DNA from: an uncultured Clostridia bacterium
Lineage (GTDB): Bacteria; Bacillota; Clostridia; TANB77; CAG-508
NCBI GenBank assembly: GCA_947628085.1
Contig: CANQYM010000004.1
Span: forward strand, 48,791-112,790
Length of the DNA stretch: 64,000 nucleotides
Direction of reading: 5' to 3'
A model generated the notes under the pieces. The model was not told the origin of the DNA and made no database searches. It worked only from the letters and a program-made list of their open reading frames with translations. Made by a program: the position numbers and the translations under genes. This document shows, piece by piece, positions 47,901 through 56,900 of this stretch; positions within the stretch are counted from its first letter, which is position 1; every line of letters starts with the position of its first letter.

Positions 47901-50900
47901 TTGTAAATAGTATATATTTTACTATTTGTATTCATTAAACTTAAATTATTCTTTAATGTTGCTGTACCTCTTGCTAAAATACCACCATTTCCAATATATT
48001 CATTTCCAAAATATGGACTTACTTTTAAATTAACAATATTGTTTATTATATTAGAATTTCCACTTGCTTGTGCAACAAATCCTGAGTTAACTTGCCATCC
48101 TGATGGCATTGTTCCTGCAATGTAACAATTTTGAATTGTTGAATCTTTTAAACTAACTACTGCACCAGCATTATTTTGATTGCTATACATTACACTAAAG
48201 TTAAGGTTTACAACATTACATTTATCTATTACAGAACCATTTGTTATTTCATAAGCTATACCTGCATTATTGTTTCCACCACGAATTGTTACAAGGTCAA
48301 TATTAAGATTAGATAAATTACTATGATTTGCATTTAAAACAACTGTTGCTTGACTTCCTTGATTAATAAAATCAGTTCCCCTAAATACAATATTTTCAAC
48401 TGTTGCATCCTTTAATAAACTAAAGAATGGTTTATGAAGATTGCTTATTGTATGTCCATGTCCGTTTAAAGTACCTTTAAATTCAAAATCTATAATTGCT
48501 TTTGAATTTGTATTTACCGCATATTCATCTAAGTCATAATCTTTATCTAAATCAAATGTTCCTGTAGGATTTAATCTCATTTTGTCTACTAAAGATTGGA
48601 AAGATCCATCATATTGATATCCAGAAGAACTGCCTTCTAGAATATCTAATGTAACTTCTAGTGGTTTTAATTCTTCTTTTCCTGTAAATACCATTGCATC
48701 CGTGTATGCTAAAACTAATCTTAACTTTCCATTTTCCACATTATAATCTGTAATATTGCTATAGAATGGAGCAATGTTTCTCATAGAAACTTTAACTAAA
48801 CAATTTTCTAATACTTGAAGATTGCTTTCTGTTAAGCTATTAACCTTTTCTGCCCTACCATCATCTCCAAATTTATAAAGTGCAATATCTACTATATCTT
48901 TCATTTCAATATATCTAGTGTTTATGCTAATTATTTGATAGTAGATGTTCATATTTGTGTAATGGTTTGGATCATTTGTTTTATCTAAATCTCTATCATA
49001 ATCTGAATAAATAGTAGCAAAATATTTTTCTGTACTTGTTTTTTCAAAAGTAATTCTATTTGTTCCTACATTTAAATCTGATGTAGATAATGTGACTGGT
49101 TGATTATATTCGTCTTTTATTTCTAATCGTAGCTTATTATTTGATTTATCAGTATCTTCAATATTAATGTCTACATTAAGAATATCTCCATTATCAGAAA
49201 TTGCAGATTTAAGCTCTTTAACTTTTACTACATCTTTTAATATTTCATAATTTATATTTGCATTTTTAATCTCAATTTCATTACCACTATTTAGTGTTAC
49301 AGAAGAAATTGGTAAATTAACTTTTCCAGCTTTATCTGAACCTTTAATAGTTAAAGTATAGGTGTTATTTTCATCTTTTTCTGGTTCATAAACAGTATCT
49401 TTTATTTTAACTGTTTCAACACATAATTCTGGAACTTTTGTTGTGCTTTCAAATTTTACTAAAATGTCTTCATTCTTCTCAAAATATTCTGTTTTCTCAC
49501 CTTTTGAATTATAAGTTTCAATATTTTTAATGTCTACACTATAATCTCCTGTTAGCATAAATGGTTTTTCAAAAATTGATTTATCCATATATGAATTATC
49601 ATCACTAGATGTTTCATTTTTTAGAATATCTGTATCTAAGTCGAAAGAAGCAAATACTTCAAATTTTGAAAGTTCATCTTGTTTTGCATTAAACTCTAAT
49701 TCATTATGTGTTACAGTTTTACTGTGCTCAACATTTACATTTTGATCGTTATCATTTACTCTTGCATAAATGTTATTTGAAGTTAATATATGGTCATTAT
49801 CTACAAGATCAAAACTAAATTTAACTTTATTTTTATCTAATTGATTTTCTACTTTGTAATTTCTAATTTCTGGCATATCTTTTAGAACATCAATTTGATC
49901 TTTTCTAATAAATTCTTCTGTTGTTCCATTAGTGAATTTAATTGCTGAAACATCAACATCTTGAACTCCAGTTTTATTATCTGCTGTATAGTAAACCCTA
50001 TATTGTTCATTATCTAATGTTTGAACATCATAATCTTTTCCATTTATTACTAAATAAGAAATACCTACTGCTTTATCTTGATTTGTGTGATCTTCTGGGT
50101 CTATTTTAATAACTGTTGTACTACTAATTGTATAATCAATTGTAATTGTTTCTCCTTTTGAAGGATATACAGTTGAGAATTTGCTTCCTAAAATTGAACT
50201 ATTAACACTTGATTTAAACTCTCCATCAAATGCTGGCCATTCAATATAAAATTTATCATATCCAGGAATTTCATAAAGTTTAGCTCTAACTTGTAATTTG
50301 TAAACAGCAGTTGGTGGATTTGGAATATCAAATTCAACAGTTGTATCTGTTCTTTTTACTTCTTTTTCAGCAATAAGTCCATTTTGTGAATCCATTAATT
50401 TAAATGTAAACTCAGATGCCATCTTTTTATCTTCATCTACTAATTTAAATCTAAATCTTACTTTTTTCTCTTTAACATCTTCTGAATACTCAAGAATGTT
50501 AAATGTTGGCATTTCTTGAACTACACTTACAGGTATTCTGCTAACACCATCTTTTTCTGGTATATCTAAGGATACACCATTTTCCAATATTACTTTTTGA
50601 TAAGTAATTAATGTTAAATCAACACTTTCTGCTCTAAATGGAACAATATAACTATTTTCTCTTTCTCCCTGCTCTACATCATATTCTTTATCATTAACTA
50701 TTACTTTTACTACTTTATAAGGAGTTCCAGTTGTACAATCAAATGTTAAGAAACTACTTTCATTATCTTTTTTCCTTGATAAATAATAGAATCCAAAACC
50801 ATCTTCAAAATCAAGTTTATATGTTTGGTTATTTGTTAATAAGAATGTTTCATCATATATTTTTTCTGTTCCTGTTGTTGTAAATTCTTCAGATTCATCA

Positions 50901-53900
50901 CTTTCTTCACCAGAAATAGCATTTGTGATGAAGTTTGCTATTCTTCTAAAGATACTTACTTTTTCTGTTGGTTTCAAATCATAATTTACATCAACTGTAA
51001 CATTATAGTTATGATTAAACTCAGTCATGCCAAGTTCTTTTAATTTATATTCATAATCATTTCCGCCTTTGGTTAAATCTTTTTCAGCAACTACTTTTCC
51101 ATTATTTGTCATATCTTTTATAATCATTTTTGGATGTGGTTTTGCCAAAGACTCATCTAAGTCATTTATTTTGAATGTTGCCTTGCTTCCATCTTCTGCA
51201 ATCATAAAGTGTGTTAATGTTGGCTTATCTTTTAATACTTGTATGCTACATGGTTCTACACCTTCTGCATAGCTTATATGGTCTGTATCTATTAGACTAT
51301 TTCCAATTTGAACTTTAGTTACCCTTTGCTCAAAAATACCTGTTTTCTTTGGTGAAATTAAAGTTACGGTATAAGTATCATTTACAATTTCACCTTTTTC
51401 ATTTTTAACTTTCACTGCATCAAAGCTATCTTCACCTATATAAATTTTTCTTACTTCCTGGTCAACATTTGTATTTAATTTAACTGTTATAGTAACTTCT
51501 TCTTCTTTATTTGAGTATTCTTTATCAATTGTTTGTTCTACAACAGTAGCTCTTGATTCAGAAATCATACTCTTTGTAAATAAAGCTGTTTCTTCAAATG
51601 TTTCACCATCGCCAATATCATGATTTGCTCTTAATTCAATATGATATTCATTTAATTTTAATAATGGCATTTCAAGAGTATTTACATCAGTTGTGCTAAA
51701 TTCAGAAATATCTTCAGATGTAGCTATGATTGAACCAGCACTATTTTTCATATATGCTTTTAAAGACTTAACAGTTGAGTCCTCATCAACTAATTTATAT
51801 TTAATTATAGCTAAATTGTCTTTTGTATTTTCGTTAATATCAGTTACTTCAATTGCAGTTGGAAGAACTTTTTCATGAACATATCTTAAATTTCTGTTAA
51901 TTTCAAAAGTTTTTGTTCCTATTCCTACACTCTGTAATCTAAGTATGTTAACGCCTTTTTCTCCAGGGTCTAAATCCAATTTATAAATATTATCATTTCC
52001 TTTAGTAACTGGATATTTTATATCATTTATTGTTATGCTATCTACGTCTTTATAAGATAAAACGCCATTTTCAAAAGAAATATGAACTTTTGAGTTTGTT
52101 GGTACTCTCTCTGATATAGAAAGATTTTTCATTCTAAAGTCAACATTGTTTTTATCTGTAATTTCTAATTGCTCTTCTTTAACTATTTCATTTTGAACAT
52201 CTTGCCTATCTTCTCTTAAGCTAAAGTTATTTTCAAGAATAATCTTATATTGTTTTCCTGTTTCTAGATTTTCAAAAGTATGAGTATTTGCTCCCACTGT
52301 AATTGTTTCTGATTTTACTTCTGTATCACTTTGAACATCTATTAATTTAAGCTTGCTTTCTAATAATGCATTATCTGTATCTGTTATATTAAATTTAACT
52401 ATTATACTATTTTCATGGTTTGTAGAAGTATAGTCTGTCATTGTAGGTTTATCTTTTAATACTTCAAATTTTGCTGTTAAATCTTTTCCTTCAAACTCAG
52501 TTTCAACTTTACTACTATTTAGTTTTACAGAATCGATTGTTAATTCTTGTAATCCTGAAACTGTATTAGTAACAATATCTACATAATATTGATGTTCGCT
52601 ACTTCCATCTTGAACTTTTTTAACTTGATATTCTGTGCCTTCAAATTTCTCATCTTTTAAGTCATTTACTACAACAGTTTCTGGCTCATAAGATGTTGAA
52701 TTACTTGAATTAAATCTTAATTGTATTTGTTCTCCTTTAGCAAAATAACTAGAAGGCTCATTTGACTCTGTTTTGTAGGTTGCTAAATTAGAAACTGTTA
52801 GTTTATAGTCAGATACTAAAGTAAAGTTTTTATTCATTGTAATTTTATTTGTATTATGATCTTCTTCTGTTCCTGCTGTTATTTCATCATTATCTAAGTC
52901 ATAATCAACTTCAACATTTAATGTATGTTCTTCATCTGGCTTAACTGTGACATTAAATGGATTAGAACCTGAATGAAGTGATATTTCTTGATCATGAATA
53001 CTTGCTTTTCCACCAGTTACTGCATTATCTTGGTCTGTTATTGTTATTATGAATGATACAATATTTTGATTTAAATGGTCTGTTGATGTTATATTAACTG
53101 TTGGAACAGCTTTTAAAACTTCAACCTTTTCTTGATGTGCCTCACTTAATGTTACAGTTTGACCATTTGCAAAATAGATTTTATTAATATTAATATTTTC
53201 TGTTGTTGCATAATCTGCTACTTTAAATATCATTTTGTAATCATTTGTTGTTCCAGCAGCTTGCAAATCATATTCTGAATTATCATTTACAACTACTTTT
53301 GTTGGAGCGGAATTTACATTTGATAAAATTTTATAAGAAATTTCTACTGTTTCACCTTTATTTGGATATCTATTTGATACACTATTTGTAGTAATAGCTG
53401 CTGTTGGCACAATTTCAACTTCGTTTTCACTTTCTAATAATTTTTCTCTAGAATGTGAAAGTCCATCTACTAAATTAAAGTCTCCTAAAATTTCTACTTT
53501 ATATTTTTTTGCTTCTGAAACATTAAAGTTAACTTCTCTAATATCTTTTTCTACAGTTTTATCTTCAATAGTATTTCCTTGTTCATCTTTTAAAACTATA
53601 TATAATTTTGATAAAGTTTTATCATCATCTTTCACATCATAAGTTACTTTAATTCTTGTATTTTGAACATTTTCAAGTTTAATATTATTTGCTATAGGTG
53701 GTGTTTTGAATATTACAGTTTTAACATCATCTGTAACTTCTAGTTTTTTATTATTTGTTAAACTTACACTATCTATTTTAATTTCTGTTCTCTTTCCTAG
53801 TTGTTCATTAGAAATCATATAGTCAAAAGTATAAGTATCTGTAGTATTTTCTACTTTTTTAGCAAGATATGAATTTTCTCCTACTGTAATATTTGCTAAG

Positions 53901-56900
53901 TCATATATTGATTTATTCGTAGACTTAAATTGTAATGTAACTCTGTTATCTGTTCTATATACATTTAGTACAACAAGGTCTGATACTTTAAGCTCATATT
54001 CTTTAACAAAATATAATTCTTGTATTCCAAAAGATTCTTCTGCTTGATTTTCATTATTATTAATGTCAAAGTCTAAGTCATAAGTTATTTTTAGCTCTAC
54101 ATTATACTTTTTGTATTCTGCTACATCTAAGTTGTAGTTATAATTATCTTTTGTAAGAGGAACTTCAGTTTGTTCACCTGTTTCTGCATCTGTAATTAAA
54201 ATTCTGCCACTTACAAATGACATATCATCATCAGTCATTTTAAAACTTAAAATAGGTTTTATATTATCTAAATTTAATCTTAATTCTGAAACAGAAAGTT
54301 TATCTTTTAATATAAATATTGTTACAGATGGGCTATTTTTAATTTCTAATTCTTCATCAGCACAAACAACTTTTGTTACTTTAAATTCTTTATTTCCAAC
54401 CTCTTGAGGTATTACTATTTCTGCTTTATATGCTCCTGTTTCATCTTTATGTAGGTTAGTTGCTAAAATACCATTTATTTCTACACTTTGAATATCTTTA
54501 GAAGTATTAGATTTTACAGTAAATGTTATTTCTGCTGTTTTTCCTTTTTGTGCATATTTTTCTGCAGAAACACTAGTAATTTTTAAGTTAACTCCTACTT
54601 TTACTTCTTTTTCATCAGAAATAGCTTCTTGAAGATGAGATTTTGCGTCATTAATTTCGTAATCTGCCAAAATTTGTACGAAATAAGTTCCTTCAGCATA
54701 AATTTCATTTGAGGTAAATTTAATCTCATTAGGGTCTGTAATTTCAACCTTATTAATAATTTCGTTATTTAATTTTAAAACAGCATATTTTTTTGATAAT
54801 GTGTTATCTTTATCTGTAAAATCAATATTTTTAACAGTTATAACTGTTTTTTCACTATTTACAGATACTTCTCCTATTGTTGCTGTTGGTTTATCTTTAA
54901 ATACAACGATTGGGTTTAAGTTTTGGAATAAATCACTATTTGTATTTTTATTAAATACCTTTAAGTTGTTTAAAATTAATTCTTCTAAAGTTATTTCTGT
55001 TCTTTTATTATTTGCTTTTTCTAATGGAATTTCTACTGTATAGCTATTATCATCTTTAACAGCTTTATATTCATGTTTAACTCCATTAAATCCAATTAAT
55101 ACTTTTTCAATATAATTTTTAGAAGAGTTTTCACTTGAGAATTTTAATATTACTTTTCCAGATTCTGAATCCAAAGTAAATTTAACATCTTTAAGTGTTA
55201 AATTATAATTTAATTGGATATTAAAATCATGACTTACAAAAGTTTTTGTATTCTCATTTTTTTCGTTATTATTATCATTATCTAAATCATAAGTAATTTC
55301 TAGAGAAATATTATAATTTTTAAATTCTTCAATATTTTCTAATTCATATGTTTGTATTATAGTTCCACTTGCATGTTTAATAATTGGCATTTTTTGTATG
55401 TCATTTGTTTCTAAATTTTTAATAATTATATTTCCACTAACGAATGTAGATTCTAAATCTGTTAGTGAAAAACGAACTTTTGGCTTTCCACCTTGTGAAA
55501 CTTCTGAATCGTCTATTCTTAAGTTTTCTATACTTAATTCAGATTTTAATATTTCTGTTTGTAAATTACATGCACTCTGAATTTCTTGCTCGCCATAATA
55601 AATTCTTGTTGCTTTAACATCAAATATTCCATTTTCTGGTCTTTGAGTTGGTGCTTTGAATATTACTTTATATGTTTCATCATTTACTTTTTCAGCAGAA
55701 AGTTTAACATTATTTACTAAAATATGTGTTACTTCTTTATTTGTGTTATCTGATATTACATATGTTACTTCTACATTCTCTCCTTTTTTAACAAATGTTG
55801 GAATACTAGATTTTTCTTGAACGAAGTTTGCAATTATTGGGCTATCTATTTTTTCTTCATACTCTTTTGTTATTTTTTCTTCGCCATTTCCAATGTTGTA
55901 AGTAACTTCTATTTCTACTTTGTATGAACCAGATTCAGTAATATCTATATTTCCAGAATAAATATTTGAATCTTGATTTTTCTGTAATTCTACTGTTTTT
56001 ACAACATTATTGTTCTCATCCTTTACTAAAGCTTTTACAGAAATTATACTATTTTCTTCATCAACAGTATTTACTTCAAAGTTTACTTTTCCCTCTAATA
56101 TTTTTGTAGAAACGCTTTCTATAGAAGGTTTTTCTTTTATGTATGAATATTCTAATGTTTGATTAACAGATGCTTCATAACCATTTTCTAGTCTAACAGT
56201 TTGAAGTGTTATTTGATTTTTATAATTTGTTTCTTTTGGTAATTCTACTTTGTAAACATTATTTTCTTTTTGAACTGCATACTCTTTATCATTAACAACT
56301 ACTACTTTTACATCATAATAAGATTCTTTTGCATTTTCAAAAGAAAGAATTAATTTTTCATTTTTTGAAACTTTAGATGTTAAATTTAAGTTCTTAGCTT
56401 CAAATCCATATTCTCTAATAAATTTTAAATCTCCATTTTTATTTTCAAAAATATCGTCTATGAAGTCTACTTTTGTAGTAAAATCTTCAGCAATGCTTTC
56501 ATCTAAAGCGTTATGATCTAAGTCATATTCAACATCAAAATCATAATGATATGTTTTTCCATCGCTTAAATTTACTGCAAATTTATTTTCTCCTATCTTT
56601 ATATCATTAAATTTTGATTCAAATACAACATTTCCTTCTTCATCTTTTATTATGAATTTAGCAGTTTTACAAGCTTTATCTGGGTCATTTAAAGTAAAGC
56701 TTATTTCTGGAACTTCTTTCTTATCATCTATTTTAAAATTCTCAACTGTTGGTTTATCTTTTAAAACATCTATAAGAATTGTATATCTAGCTCTAACTGT
56801 TATGTTATTAGCAAGCTTAATATCAGTAATATTTAGCTTTTGTACTCCAGCTTTATTAAAAGCATCTAAAGTTACTTGATAATGATTTGACTCACTGCTT